Below, in pieces: positions 1 to 9,438 of a stretch of DNA of 64,000 nt; positions within the stretch are counted from its first letter, which is position 1, and each line of letters begins with the position of its first letter. Source of the DNA: Candidatus Dormiibacterota bacterium (lineage in GTDB: Bacteria > Chloroflexota > Dormibacteria > Aeolococcales > Aeolococcaceae); assembly GCA_035552595.1 (NCBI GenBank), contig DASZKZ010000056.1, forward strand, positions 207 through 64,206. The letters are read 5' to 3'. The notes under the pieces were generated by a model. The model was not told the origin of the DNA and did no database searches. It was given only the letters and a program-made list of their open reading frames with translations. A program made the position numbers and the translations under genes.

Positions 1-93
1 GACCGCGGTCGGGTGTACGAGTACACCATGAACCACGTGGTCGTCCCCGTCGATCCGCTCGAGCTCTTCAGGCTCGAGACGGAAGACCTCTGA
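1..93 (+). CDS. 3' end (31 codons) of a gene entering from upstream; possibly AtuA-like/DUF1446
   Basis: The frame is open from base 1 to TGA 91-93 (..EYTMNHVVVPVDPLELFRLETEDL*). The stop overlaps the next ATG (TGATG). The family guess rests only on the remembered DUF1446-DUF4387 gene pairing. Confidence 0.3.
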   Translation, partial: DRGRVYEYTMNHVVVPVDPLELFRLETEDL

Positions 94-414
94 TGGGACG
101 GCGCAGCATCGCCGATGTCGCCCGCCTGGTTCGCTCCAAGAACGCGGGACCGTTCTGGCTGACGATCGACGTCATGTTCGACGATGACGACGTGTACCGT
201 GCGGTGTGCTAGCAGCGGGTGCCCCACCACCGCCACCATGGCCCGGTTGTTCAAGCTCCCGCAGGACCAGGTGCTGGTGTTCGAGCATCCGGCGGCGCGA
301 GCTGTGAAGGTGAGCTTCCCGCGCCCAGTGCCGTCGGGATCGCCCGGTGATGCGGACGTGTTCGGCGGGCAGCAGTACGCCGGCATCCTCGAGCTCACTG
401 TCGAGCTTCCCTGA
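93..414 (+). pseudogene. DUF4387-like gene interrupted by a +1 frameshift
   Basis: ATG 93 gives MGRRSIADVARLVRSKNAGPFWLTIDVMFDDDDVYRAVC, then TAG at 210-212. The rest of the family-typical sequence ([57 protein letters not shown]) continues in the +1 frame of ORF 184..414. The two halves together are about 105 aa, the expected family length. Confidence 0.5.
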
Positions 415-1411
415 GCCCCCGCCGACCCGCGTCACCGTCGTCGGTGGTCAGCAGGTCGGCAGCGGACCACGGGTCGATGGATCGTGAGGCCACCAGCAGA
501 CGGAGCTCATCCGCGGAGCTCTGCCCGAAGCGCTGTCTGGCTCGCTCACGAAGCTGAGCCAGGGCGACGGCCTGCACCTCGTCCCACAGTCGGGCTTCCC
601 GGAGCGAGGACAGGTGGCCGTCGGATTCCAACCATGATCGGTGGCCGTCGATGGCGGCGAGGACCTCCGCCGAGCCGACATCCTCGGAGGCAACGGTTGC
701 GAGGACCGGGGGCTGCCAGCCACCCGCGCCCGGCGCCACGGCTCGCATGCTCGCCAGATCGCGCCGGGCGTGCTCTGCCCCTGGCCGGTCAGCCTTGTTG
801 ACCACGAACACGTCGGCGACCTCGAGAATCCCGGCCTTGGCGGTCTGCACATCGTCCCCCCACCCGGGATTGACGACGAGCACCGTCGTATCGGTGACCG
901 CACAGACGTCCAGCTCGACCTGGCCGACGCCGACCGTCTCGAGGAGGATCCACGAATACCCGGCGGCGTCGAGCAGACGCAAGGCGGCGGGAGCAGCCAG
1001 AGCGAGACCACCCTGCTGGCCACGCGAGGCCATGGAACGGATGAACACAGCGGGGTCACCAACGTGCTCCATGCGGACCCGATCGCCGAGGATCGCTCCT
1101 CCGGACACCGGCGACGAAGGGTCGATCGCCAGGACCGCGACGCGCTCACCTCGACCTCGGAGTGCGGTGATGAGCCGGCCGGTGAGCGTCGACTTGCCCG
1201 CGCCCGGAGGACCTGTGATCCCGACCGTGTAGGCGCCCCCACCGAGGGGGAAGGCGGCGCGTGAGACCGCCCGAGAGGACGGCCCGTCGTTCTCGAGGAG
1301 GGAGAGCAATCGACCCGTGGCGGCAAGCCGTCCCGCACGGGCCTGCTCGAGCAGCCCACGAACCCGTTCTGATTCGATCGCGTGATCCTGCTCCGCTGCC
1401 GAACCACTCAC
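395..1411 (-). CDS. meaB: MeaB/ArgK-type G-protein chaperone of B12-dependent acyl-CoA mutases
   Basis: P-loop [20 protein letters not shown] and VVNKADR motifs in 338 aa. The GTG start overlaps the stop of the B12-binding subunit (GTGA). Confidence 0.9.
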   Translation of the reverse strand: MSGSAAEQDHAIESERVRGLLEQARAGRLAATGRLLSLLENDGPSSRAVSRAAFPLGGGAYTVGITGPPGAGKSTLTGRLITALRGRGERVAVLAIDPSSPVSGGAILGDRVRMEHVGDPAVFIRSMASRGQQGGLALAAPAALRLLDAAGYSWILLETVGVGQVELDVCAVTDTTVLVVNPGWGDDVQTAKAGILEVADVFVVNKADRPGAEHARRDLASMRAVAPGAGGWQPPVLATVASEDVGSAEVLAAIDGHRSWLESDGHLSSLREARLWDEVQAVALAQLRERARQRFGQSSADELRLLVASRSIDPWSAADLLTTDDGDAGRRGLREARQ

Positions 1412-1815
1412 CGTCCGGCTGGCCCCGACGCGTCGGTCAGCCCGCGCATCGCGGTGACGATCTCGTCCAGAGGCGTCCCGGTGGGGAAGACAGCCGCGGC
1501 ACCGGCGTCGAGAAGCCCGGCAACATCCCGCTGCGGGATGGTGCCGCCCACCACGATGCGTGCCGTATCAGCCCCTGCGACCAGCAGGGCAGCCGCCACC
1601 TTCCTTGTCAGAGCCAGGTGGGCGCCACTGAGGATGCTCAGCCCGACCACCTGGACGTCCTCCTGCGCCGCTACCGCGGCAATCTCCTCAGGACGCTGGC
1701 GGATGCCCGTGTAGATCACCTCGAAGCCCGCGTCGCGCAACGCACGGGCCACCAGCTTGGCGCCACGGTCGTGGCCGTCCAGGCCTGGCTTGGCCACGAG
1801 AACCCTGGCAGTCAT
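1408..1815 (-). CDS. Acyl-CoA mutase small subunit (cobalamin-binding domain)
   Basis: 135 aa containing [33 protein letters not shown], the canonical DxHxxG B12-binding motif. Confidence 0.9.
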   Translation of the reverse strand: MTARVLVAKPGLDGHDRGAKLVARALRDAGFEVIYTGIRQRPEEIAAVAAQEDVQVVGLSILSGAHLALTRKVAAALLVAGADTARIVVGGTIPQRDVAGLLDAGAAAVFPTGTPLDEIVTAMRGLTDASGPAGR

Positions 1816-1818
1816 CCC

Positions 1819-2583
1819 CTACAGGGACTTGAGCGGAGTCGACGCGCCCGCCGCTGCACGCCAGTGTTCATCGCTTGTCCAGAGGAGCGCGAACTGGCGC
1901 ACCGCGTCAGCTTCAAGCTCCGGGTGGACGTGCGGCTTGGCAGCGGCGATGGACGATTTCACGGCCAGCGACGCGGCCAGAGGCAACCGTGCAAAGTCCC
2001 CGGCGAGATGGCGCCAGGCGGTGTCGAAGTCGTCGCGCCCGGTGACAACATCCACCAAACCGATGCGCTCGGCCTCTGCCGCGGACAGCTTCCCGCCCAA
2101 TCCGATGAGCAACAGCGCCTTGCTGCGCCCCACGATCTCGGTCAATCGTTCGGCTCCGCCCCACGCGGGCATGATCCCGAGGCCCACCTGCGTGAAGCCG
2201 ATCTGGACATCGTCAGCGGCCACCCTGATGTCAGCCGCCACCGCGACCTCCGCTCCACCGCCGAGCGCGTGGCCGTTGAGGGCCGCGATGACGGGCACCG
2301 GGAAACATGCAATCCTATCGAGCAAGCGGCGCACACCTCTCGCCATCTGCGAGGCACCCTCGACGTCGCGAATCAGTGCCAGCTCCTTCAGGTCACCGCC
2401 GGACACGAAGGCCCTGTCCCCCGCACCACGTATGACCAGCACCTTGGGCGGCTCGCCGACCAGATCGTCGAGGATGGTTCCGAGCTCCGCGACCGTCTGC
2501 AATCCGATGGCGTTGCGCACGTGCGGACGATCGATCGTCAGGACAGCGACGCCCTCACGGATGTCGATCGAGACCTCGCCCAC
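1819..2583 (-). CDS. Enoyl-CoA hydratase/isomerase (crotonase) family protein
   Basis: VGEVSIDIREGVAVLTIDRPHVRNAI..IRGAGDRAFVSGGDLKE..ALNGHALGGG. I trimmed the start to GTG 2583 (alternative 2589), which sits behind an AAGGGG Shine-Dalgarno. The longer ORF to 2724 would overlap the divergent mutase gene. Confidence 0.85.
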   Translation of the reverse strand: MGEVSIDIREGVAVLTIDRPHVRNAIGLQTVAELGTILDDLVGEPPKVLVIRGAGDRAFVSGGDLKELALIRDVEGASQMARGVRRLLDRIACFPVPVIAALNGHALGGGAEVAVAADIRVAADDVQIGFTQVGLGIMPAWGGAERLTEIVGRSKALLLIGLGGKLSAAEAERIGLVDVVTGRDDFDTAWRHLAGDFARLPLAASLAVKSSIAAAKPHVHPELEADAVRQFALLWTSDEHWRAAAGASTPLKSL

Positions 2584-2613
2584 GCGCACCCCTTGCCAGA
2601 GTTCGCCTCTCAA

Positions 2614-2626
2614 CGATATTGTATAT
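2614..2626. promoter_or_regulatory. AT-rich motif copy (a), CGATATTGTATAT, in the crotonase/mutase divergent promoter
   Basis: It is the only AT-rich patch in the 45-nt intergenic gap. TATTGT ends 7 nt before ATG 2629, so the mutase mRNA may be leaderless. TACAAT on the opposite strand faces the crotonase gene. Confidence 0.4.
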
Positions 2627-2628
2627 TG

Positions 2629-4236
2629 ATGACCAGCCCCGGCGCAATGGAGCCTGCGCGCGTGACCACCGACGCTGGCCTCCCGGTGGCGTCTCGGTAC
2701 GGTCCTGATGATCTCCCCGCGCACGAGACGATCGGCGAGCCGGGCGCCTTCCCCTTCACGCGCGGCAACTTTCCTGGCGGCTACCGCGACCGGCTCTGGA
2801 CGTTCCGGCAGTATTCAGGATTCGGCACCGCGGAGGAGTCGAACGCACGCTACCGGTATCTGCTCGACCGCGGCGCGACGGGGCTGTCGGTGGCGTTCGA
2901 CCTGCCCACGCAGTGCGGATACGACTCCGATGATCCAGAGGTGGAAGAGGAGGTCGGACGGGTCGGCGTCGCCATCGACACCCTGCACGACTTCGAGATC
3001 CTGTTCGACTCGATCCCCCTCGATCGCATCAGCACCAGCTTCACGATCAATGGCACCGCTGCGATCATCCTCGCCTTCTACGTCGCCGCCGGCGAGAAGC
3101 AGGGCGTGGACCGCACCGCGCTCCGCGGGACCATCCAGAACGACATCCTCAAGGAGTACGCGTCGCGAGGCACCTGGATCTGGCCGCCACGGCCCTCCAT
3201 GCGACTCATCGCTGACAGTGTGGAATTCTGTGCCGCCGAGGTGCCGCACTTCAATGCCATCTCCGTGGCCGGTGCGCACTTCCGCGACGCCGGCGCCAAC
3301 GCCGCCCAGGAGATGGCCTTCACGCTCGCCGACGGTGTCGCGTACTGCGACGAGGTCGTCTCCCGCGGACGCATCACCATCGACCGGTTCGCCCCGCAGG
3401 TGTCCTTCTTCTTCTACACGCATGGTGATTTCTTCGAGGAGGTGGCCAAATACCGCGCCGGGCGGCGACGTTGGGCGTCGATCGTGCGTGAGCGCTACGC
3501 TGCTCGAGACGACCGGTCCTGCATGTTCCGGTTTGGCGTCGTGTGCGGCGGTGCATCGCTCTATGCCCCGCAAGCTGAGAACAACGCTATTCGCGTGGCC
3601 TACGAGGCCATGGCGTCGGTCTTCGGCGGAACCCAGTCGATGTTCACCGCGGCCTGGGATGAGCCGTTCGCGCTGCCGTCGCAGCGTTCCACCACGCTGG
3701 CGCTGCGCACGCAGCAGATCCTCGCCTACGAGACGGGCGTCTCCCGGGTGGTGGATCCGCTCGGCGGCTCCTATTACGTCGAGGCGCTGACGGATGAGAT
3801 GGAGAGGATCATCACCTCGATCATGGCCGGCATCGAGGCCCAGGGCGGCATGGTCCGAGCCGTCGAGGAAGGGTACGTGCAGCGCCTCATCGCCGATTCC
3901 GCCCACGACGCGCACCGCAAGCTCGAGTCCGGAGAGCGCGCCGTGGTGGGGGTGAACCGCTTCCAGACGAACGAGGCCGCGCCTGAGGTCGAGGGCTACG
4001 CGATGGACACCACCGCGCGCCAGCGCCAGCTCGACCGGCTCGCCGAGACCAGGGGAGCTCGTGATCCAGGTCAGGTGATGAGCGCGCTCACGGCCCTCGA
4101 GGTGGGCGCGGGCGACGAATCGGCCAACCTCATGCCGCTGCTGATCGACTGTGCGCACAGCTACTGCACGGTCGGCGAGATGGTGCGCATCCTCAGGCAG
4201 GAATGGGGAACGTTTCGCCAGCCGGTGGTGTTCTGA
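2629..4236 (+). CDS. Acyl-CoA mutase large (substrate-binding) subunit, methylmalonyl-CoA-mutase-like
   Basis: FTRGNFPGGYRDRLWTFRQYSGFGTAEESNARYRYLL..GLSVAFDLPTQCGYDSD. The in-frame ATG is at 2629. The upstream 456 codons of the 991-aa ORF are Arg/Pro-rich read-through lying antisense to real genes. Confidence 0.9.
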   Translation: MTSPGAMEPARVTTDAGLPVASRYGPDDLPAHETIGEPGAFPFTRGNFPGGYRDRLWTFRQYSGFGTAEESNARYRYLLDRGATGLSVAFDLPTQCGYDSDDPEVEEEVGRVGVAIDTLHDFEILFDSIPLDRISTSFTINGTAAIILAFYVAAGEKQGVDRTALRGTIQNDILKEYASRGTWIWPPRPSMRLIADSVEFCAAEVPHFNAISVAGAHFRDAGANAAQEMAFTLADGVAYCDEVVSRGRITIDRFAPQVSFFFYTHGDFFEEVAKYRAGRRRWASIVRERYAARDDRSCMFRFGVVCGGASLYAPQAENNAIRVAYEAMASVFGGTQSMFTAAWDEPFALPSQRSTTLALRTQQILAYETGVSRVVDPLGGSYYVEALTDEMERIITSIMAGIEAQGGMVRAVEEGYVQRLIADSAHDAHRKLESGERAVVGVNRFQTNEAAPEVEGYAMDTTARQRQLDRLAETRGARDPGQVMSALTALEVGAGDESANLMPLLIDCAHSYCTVGEMVRILRQEWGTFRQPVVF

Positions 4237-4246
4237 CCATGGGCCG

Positions 4247-5467
4247 ATGAGCTCGGGCACTGGTCCCCTGACGGGTATTCGCGTCATCGAGTTTGGCCAC
4301 TTCATCGCCGGTCCCTACGCCGGGGCCATCCTCGCCGACCTCGGCGCCGACGTCATCAAGGTGGAGGATCCCGACCGCGTCGACGACGCACGGCTGACCG
4401 GGCCCCATTTCCTCGACGGTCAATCGCTGTACTTCCTCGCGCTGAACTGCGCGAAGCGATCGCTGGCAGTGCGGCTGTCCAACCCCAGCGGCCACGAGGC
4501 GGTGCTCGACCTGGTGGCGTCCGCAGACGTCGTCCTCGACAACTTCCGTCCGGGGGTGATGGCCAAGCTCGGTCTGGACGCCGACACCCTGGAGGGGGTG
4601 AACCCCCAGCTGGTCACGTGCTCCCTGACGGCCTACGGGGAGACCGGCGCCTACGCCGGCCGGCCGGGCTACGACTACACCATCCAGGCGCTTGTCGGCG
4701 CCATGAGCCTGACCGGCGAGCCCGGTGGTCCGCCGGGCAAGGCGGGCATCTCCTACATCGATCACAGCGGCGGCCTCGCCTGTGCCCTGGCAATCTGCGC
4801 AGCCCTGCTGGAACGCCACCGCTCCGGCCAGGGGCGGCACGTCGACCTGGCGCTCGTCGACACCCAGATCTCCATGCTCACCTACCTGGCCAGCTGGCTG
4901 CTCAACAGTGACGCGCAGACTGATCGGACGGCGAGCGCCTCACATCCGTCACTGGTGCCGGCGCAGAATTTTGCCACCAGGGACGGCTGGGTGTCGGTCT
5001 TCGTCGGCAACGACCGTCAATGGCATCATCTGACGCAGGCGCTCGACGATGCACGCCTTCTTGATCCAGGCTACACCACCAATGCCGCCCGCACCCGCAA
5101 CAGAGAGGCGGTGCTCGCGCTGGTGGCGGAGAACCTCGCCGTCATGTCGATGGCGGAGGCAACGGACCGCCTGGTGGCGTGGGGTGTGGCGTGCTCGCCG
5201 GTGTACACGGTCGCCGAAGCGCTCAACTGCGAGCCTGCACGTGACCGCGGCCTCGTGCAGGAGGCAAACCATGCTCGCTACGGGCGTTACCGCCACGCCT
5301 CCGGCCCCATCCCTGCGCTGGGCGGCGACGGCGCCGTGGGCGCACCCACACTCGGTGAGCACTCCGAGGCGATCCTGCACGAGCTCGGCTACGACCAGAT
5401 GAGAATCGATGCCCTGCTCGCCGGCGGTGCAATCGCCAACAGCCCGAATCCGGAGACCGTGACATGA
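4247..5467 (+). CDS. Family III CoA-transferase (CaiB/BaiF/Frc type), paralog 1
   Basis: MSSGTGPLTGIRVIEFGHFIAGPYAGAILADLGADVIKVE..NFRPGVMAKLGL. ATG at 4247 lies 11 nt after the mutase stop. Confidence 0.85.
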   Translation: MSSGTGPLTGIRVIEFGHFIAGPYAGAILADLGADVIKVEDPDRVDDARLTGPHFLDGQSLYFLALNCAKRSLAVRLSNPSGHEAVLDLVASADVVLDNFRPGVMAKLGLDADTLEGVNPQLVTCSLTAYGETGAYAGRPGYDYTIQALVGAMSLTGEPGGPPGKAGISYIDHSGGLACALAICAALLERHRSGQGRHVDLALVDTQISMLTYLASWLLNSDAQTDRTASASHPSLVPAQNFATRDGWVSVFVGNDRQWHHLTQALDDARLLDPGYTTNAARTRNREAVLALVAENLAVMSMAEATDRLVAWGVACSPVYTVAEALNCEPARDRGLVQEANHARYGRYRHASGPIPALGGDGAVGAPTLGEHSEAILHELGYDQMRIDALLAGGAIANSPNPETVT

Positions 5468-6015
5468 GACCAGAGCTGGACCTCGAGACCCTGCTGCCAG
5501 AGATCGAGAGGATCTCGGATCCCACCCTGCGTGGCGGGGTGGTCGCGGTCTGGCAGGAGATGTGGCAGGACTCCCTGTTCGAGTCACTCGAGGACGTGCC
5601 GACGTCGATCGAGATCCATTCGTCGCACCTGCGCCACTGCCGCGCCGTCCTGTCCCTGGCCCTCGCGGTGGCGGACACCTTTCAGACATTTCACGACGTG
5701 TCCGTGGACCGCGACGTGCTCCTCGCCGCGGGACTCCTCCAGGATGTCTCCAAGCTGGTTGAGTACCAACCGCACGACGGTGCGTTCGCATTGACCGACA
5801 GCGGACGCCGCTATCCGCACGGATTTCTCGGCGCCCACGCGGCATTGGCTCACGGCGTTCCCGCAGAGGTGTGCGAGATCATCGTCAGCCACAGCCCGAC
5901 GGCAGCGAGCTTCCCCGCCTCGCTGGAGGGCAAGATCCTCTACTACGCAGATCAGCTCGACGTGATCGCCATCTTTGGTGACCGTTGGAAGAAGCTGCTG
6001 CTGGTCACCAAGTGA
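5464..6015 (+). CDS. HD-domain-like protein with a degenerate (QD) signature
   Basis: 183 aa with HD-fold topology: SHLRHCRAV..LLAAGLLQDVSKL..SHSP..YYADQLD. It overlaps the CoA-transferase stop by 4 nt. Confidence 0.55.
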   Translation: MRPELDLETLLPEIERISDPTLRGGVVAVWQEMWQDSLFESLEDVPTSIEIHSSHLRHCRAVLSLALAVADTFQTFHDVSVDRDVLLAAGLLQDVSKLVEYQPHDGAFALTDSGRRYPHGFLGAHAALAHGVPAEVCEIIVSHSPTAASFPASLEGKILYYADQLDVIAIFGDRWKKLLLVTK

Positions 6016-6027
6016 TGGAGCTAACAC

Positions 6028-7218
6028 GTGATGGAGCAAGGCGTCATGAATTCTGAGGTTGGAGCACAGGCCGACGTGAGCGCGGACATGCGCATCCGAG
6101 AGGTCGAGGCCTGGGTCATCAAGAGCCAGATACCGCCGATGGTCCTCGGGGGTGGCCACTCGGCCCCGGTCACGCCCGACTCCGTGCTGGTGCGCATCAC
6201 CACCGAGGATGGACACACCGGCTTCGGCGACTCCTGGGTTCAGCAGACCGACGCCCGCATCCTCAGGGCGGGGGTGATGTACGGAGTCCGGCCCCACCTG
6301 CTGGGCCAGGACTCGCGCAACATCGCCGCCCTCTGGCGGCGGCAGTGGCAGGCGGTGCGCAACCACGGCCTGCATCCCGCCGTGAGCGCCACGGACATCG
6401 CGCTGTGGGACCTGCGGGGACGCGTGCTCGGCCAGCCCGTCTCCGGGCTCCTGGGCGGACCTCTCCGTTCCCGGGTGGAGGCGTACGCGACCATCCCCTG
6501 GCACCGCCCCGCCGAGGAGCAGGTCCGTCTCATCGAGGCCACGTCGGCTCGCGGCTTCCGCGGTGTGAAGGTGGCGGTGGGTCACGGTGTCGACGAGGAT
6601 CGCCAGCGCATCGTCACCCTGCGTGAGGCGCATCCCGACGTGCTGCTCGCCATCGACGCCAACGGTGGTTATGACGTCACCGACGCCCTCCGCGTGGGCA
6701 CCACCTGCGACGAGCTCGATGTGCGCTGGTTCGAGGAGCCCGTCCCCTACACCGATCCCCAGGGCCTGGCGGCGGTGGGGCGGCGTTTGCGCACCCCGGT
6801 CTCCGGATTCCAGTCGGACACGACGGTGTACGCCCTGCGCCGGTATCTTGACATCGACGCGCTGAGCATCTTCCAGCCCTCGCTCGACAAGTGCGGAGGG
6901 ATCACCCAGGCGCAGCGCATCGGCGCCGTCCTCGATGCGTGGGGGAAGCGGCTGGTGCCGCATTCCGCGGCGCCGCCGCTGAGCTTCCTGGCCGCCCTTC
7001 ATGTCTCCGCAACGGCGCCCACCGGCGGCCTGATGGAGTTCATGGTCCCTGAGCGGGACCCGGCCGACCCCGGCGCGTACCGCCTCGGTGCGGACCACCT
7101 TCGCGACGCGTCGATCCTCTCCATCGACCGCGAGGGCTTCGTCCGTGTCCCTGACGCTCCCGGGCTGGGGATGGAGATCGACATGGATGCGGTCGCGGAG
7201 CTGCAGCGGCGCGACTGA
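6028..7218 (+). CDS. Enolase-superfamily enzyme (mandelate racemase/muconate lactonizing family), paralog 1
   Basis: MRIREVEAWV..TDIALWDLRGRVLGQPVSGLLGG..AIDANGGY..RWFEEP..PH. GGAG lies 7-10 nt before GTG 6028/ATG 6031. Starting at ATG 6088 would give the more typical N-terminus. Confidence 0.8.
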   Translation: MMEQGVMNSEVGAQADVSADMRIREVEAWVIKSQIPPMVLGGGHSAPVTPDSVLVRITTEDGHTGFGDSWVQQTDARILRAGVMYGVRPHLLGQDSRNIAALWRRQWQAVRNHGLHPAVSATDIALWDLRGRVLGQPVSGLLGGPLRSRVEAYATIPWHRPAEEQVRLIEATSARGFRGVKVAVGHGVDEDRQRIVTLREAHPDVLLAIDANGGYDVTDALRVGTTCDELDVRWFEEPVPYTDPQGLAAVGRRLRTPVSGFQSDTTVYALRRYLDIDALSIFQPSLDKCGGITQAQRIGAVLDAWGKRLVPHSAAPPLSFLAALHVSATAPTGGLMEFMVPERDPADPGAYRLGADHLRDASILSIDREGFVRVPDAPGLGMEIDMDAVAELQRRD

Positions 7219-7224
7219 GACCGG

Positions 7225-8634
7225 CTACCGCTCACCCTGCGGACCGAGCAGGTGGGCGAGCCGGCTCACCTCGTCCGCCTCCCAGAGGTGTTCCAGCGCC
7301 GCCAGCAGGGCCTCGGCGCGCTGCGTGCCCAGGCTGGGGGCGGCCGTGGCTCGGAACTTGTCGCGATGGTCGTCGTCACTCATCGGGTTGCCCGGGCCGC
7401 CGCGCTGCGCAGGCACATCCTCGTCGAAGCGGCGTCCGTCCCTGGTCTCCAGCCTCACGCGGGCAGGAAAGCCCGTCGCGGGCATGCTGGGATCGCCGTG
7501 ACAATACACCCGGGCCGCGAGGTCGGCGATCTCCTGATCGGCCAGCACCGCGTCGGTGTAATCCTCGACCTCCGCATGACCGAGAACGGCCAGGATGGCA
7601 ACGGAGTAGGGAAGGCTGAACTTCATGTGGTACACGGTCCTGGGATGGATCTTGGCCTCTCGGGGCTCGCAGACCACGGGCAGGCACTCCTCGGGAACGG
7701 TCGTGTCGATGCGGAGAATGTCGTGGTGCTGCAGGTTCTGCGCCCGCATGATGGCGGCCACGGCGTCCATCGTGGAATGGTTCCAGGCGCCGTTGCTGTA
7801 GGGCTTGAAGGTGGTGCCGGGGAGCAGCCAGGTGTCGCCGAGACCGGCGATCACGGCGCTGAGATCCCAGGTCTCCTCGTCGTTGTGGAGCAGCACTCCG
7901 TACAGGCCCCAGGGACTCTCGAGAACCTCCTTGGGGCCCACGAAGCCGCGTTCCGCCAGGAGCGCCGCGGTGATCCCCGCCTGCACGCTCCAGGCCGGAT
8001 GCAGCCGCTTCACCCAGCTGCCGTCATGCAGCCCCACCAGGAGTCCGGCGGCCTGGCTGCCCGCCAGGCCCAGCGCGTTGGCCATTCGCTCGGGATCGAG
8101 ATCGAGAAGCCGCCCGGAGGCCACGGCCGCGGTGAAGGGACCCACCACACCAGTGGCGTGGAATCCGCGCATGTGAAAGCGGTGTGGAGCGGCAGCGCCG
8201 ATGCGCAGCCCCACCTCGGCTCCCGCCACCAGCGCGGTCAGCATGGCGGCGCCGCTGGCCCCGACCTTCTCGGCCACGGCCAGGCTGGCGGGGACCGCGA
8301 GACAACCGATGTGCACCATGGCGACGCTGTGGGTGTCGTCGTAGTCCGGGCCGTGGGCAAAGGCCGCGTTGACGAAGCCCGCGTGCGCCGCCGGCAGCCT
8401 CGTGGTCGTCCCCAGCGCGGTGGATTCCTCGACACCGCCCATGTCCGTGAAGACACCCTGGACCATCTCCGCGAAGTCCATACGGGAGCCGGCGAGAGCG
8501 ACGCCGATGGTGTCCACCAGACGCCAGGTCGCGTCCGCCTTCACGGGCTCTGGGATGGCGTCGGGCTGCAGGCCGGAGAAGTACTCCGCCAGTGCCCCGG
8601 TCAACGACAGCTCGGCTGTGATCGTGTCCATCAA
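7225..8634 (-). CDS. MmgE/PrpD-family protein, paralog 1
   Basis: 469 aa: ..LVDTIGVALAGSRMDF..FAHGPDYDDTHSVAMVHIGCL..MRGFHATGVVGPF.. Confidence 0.85.
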   Translation of the reverse strand: MMDTITAELSLTGALAEYFSGLQPDAIPEPVKADATWRLVDTIGVALAGSRMDFAEMVQGVFTDMGGVEESTALGTTTRLPAAHAGFVNAAFAHGPDYDDTHSVAMVHIGCLAVPASLAVAEKVGASGAAMLTALVAGAEVGLRIGAAAPHRFHMRGFHATGVVGPFTAAVASGRLLDLDPERMANALGLAGSQAAGLLVGLHDGSWVKRLHPAWSVQAGITAALLAERGFVGPKEVLESPWGLYGVLLHNDEETWDLSAVIAGLGDTWLLPGTTFKPYSNGAWNHSTMDAVAAIMRAQNLQHHDILRIDTTVPEECLPVVCEPREAKIHPRTVYHMKFSLPYSVAILAVLGHAEVEDYTDAVLADQEIADLAARVYCHGDPSMPATGFPARVRLETRDGRRFDEDVPAQRGGPGNPMSDDDHRDKFRATAAPSLGTQRAEALLAALEHLWEADEVSRLAHLLGPQGER

Positions 8635-9434
8635 GTTGCTCCTCCGGCCACGGCTGATAGGTCAGTGCGCACGTAGTCCTGATCGAAGCTCCCGTCCGCG
8701 CGGCGCAGCTCCACGACGGCTCGGGCTTCGACACGACGCTGAAACTCAGGAGAATCTGCCGCCGTCATCGATGACGAGTAGGCGATCGTCACCTGGCTGC
8801 GGAGCCAGCCGATCAGCGCCTCCCGGTCGGGCAGCGGCCGCCGCTGATGACGGAGCCTCACCCAGCTCTCCGCCTCCGAGAACCCGGCCGCGACCAGACG
8901 TCTCATGTAGGCGGCCGGTGTCGGGAAATACCAGACAGGGCGCACCTTCAACCCCATTCGCCGGGCCTCCTCGGCGAGGATGCGGCGCGCGCTCCTGATC
9001 TGTCCGCGGCCACCGAACTCCGCCCGAAACCTTCCCCGTGGGGCGAGGACGCCGCGAATGTTGCGGAGCACGAGCGGATGGTCTCGCGCCGGGATCCAGT
9101 GGAAGGCGGCGGTCGAGACCACCAGGTCGAAGCTGCCCAGCTCGGGGCCGAGCTGCTGCGCGGAGCCGTGCACGAAGCTGATCCCCGGATGACGCCGCGT
9201 GGCCTCGGCGACCATCGATTCCGAGACATCGAGCCCCACCACCCGGCCGTCGCCGACCATGGCGGCCAGCGTCGCGGTGAGCTCCCCGGTGCCGCAGCCG
9301 ATATCGAGGATGGAGCTGCCGGGGAGAACCTCGAGGGCCTCGAGGAACTCCGCGTCGAAGCTGCGGTGGTGGCCGCTGTGGGCGGCATACAGGGTGGCGT
9401 CCCACTCGACCGCGGAGACACTCGACGGCGTCAC
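8631..9434 (-). CDS. Class I SAM-dependent methyltransferase, trans-aconitate 2-methyltransferase (Tam)-like
   Basis: VEWDATLYAAHSGHHRSFDAEFLEAL..ILDIGCGTGELT..VGLDVSESMVAEA. This is the Tam-like N-terminal W-x3-LY element followed by the GxGxG SAM motif. GTG 9434 lies just after the upstream stop (9439). Confidence 0.7.
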   Translation of the reverse strand: MTPSSVSAVEWDATLYAAHSGHHRSFDAEFLEALEVLPGSSILDIGCGTGELTATLAAMVGDGRVVGLDVSESMVAEATRRHPGISFVHGSAQQLGPELGSFDLVVSTAAFHWIPARDHPLVLRNIRGVLAPRGRFRAEFGGRGQIRSARRILAEEARRMGLKVRPVWYFPTPAAYMRRLVAAGFSEAESWVRLRHQRRPLPDREALIGWLRSQVTIAYSSSMTAADSPEFQRRVEARAVVELRRADGSFDQDYVRTDLSAVAGGAT

Positions 9435-9438
9435 CGCG

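Noticed and set aside
200-215. Programmed ribosomal frameshift in the DUF4387-like gene
   Set aside because: I see no slippery heptamer and no obvious downstream stimulatory structure at the frame switch. An indel, either a real pseudogene or an assembly error, is the simpler explanation.
1261-2628. N-terminal 456 codons of the 991-aa plus-strand ORF
   Set aside because: The translation is Arg/Pro/Gly-rich and low in complexity. It lies antisense to the MeaB, B12-subunit and crotonase genes, which have clear family motifs. The mutase homology begins only at ATG 2629.
2584-2628. Cobalamin riboswitch upstream of the B12 mutase genes
   Set aside because: The intergenic gap is only about 45 nt, far too short for a cobalamin riboswitch. 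No B12-box-like sequence is visible.
5584-7098. 504-aa minus-strand ORF
   Set aside because: It lies antisense to the HD-like and enolase-superfamily genes and has no recognisable motifs. Long shadow ORFs of this kind are expected at about 70% GC.
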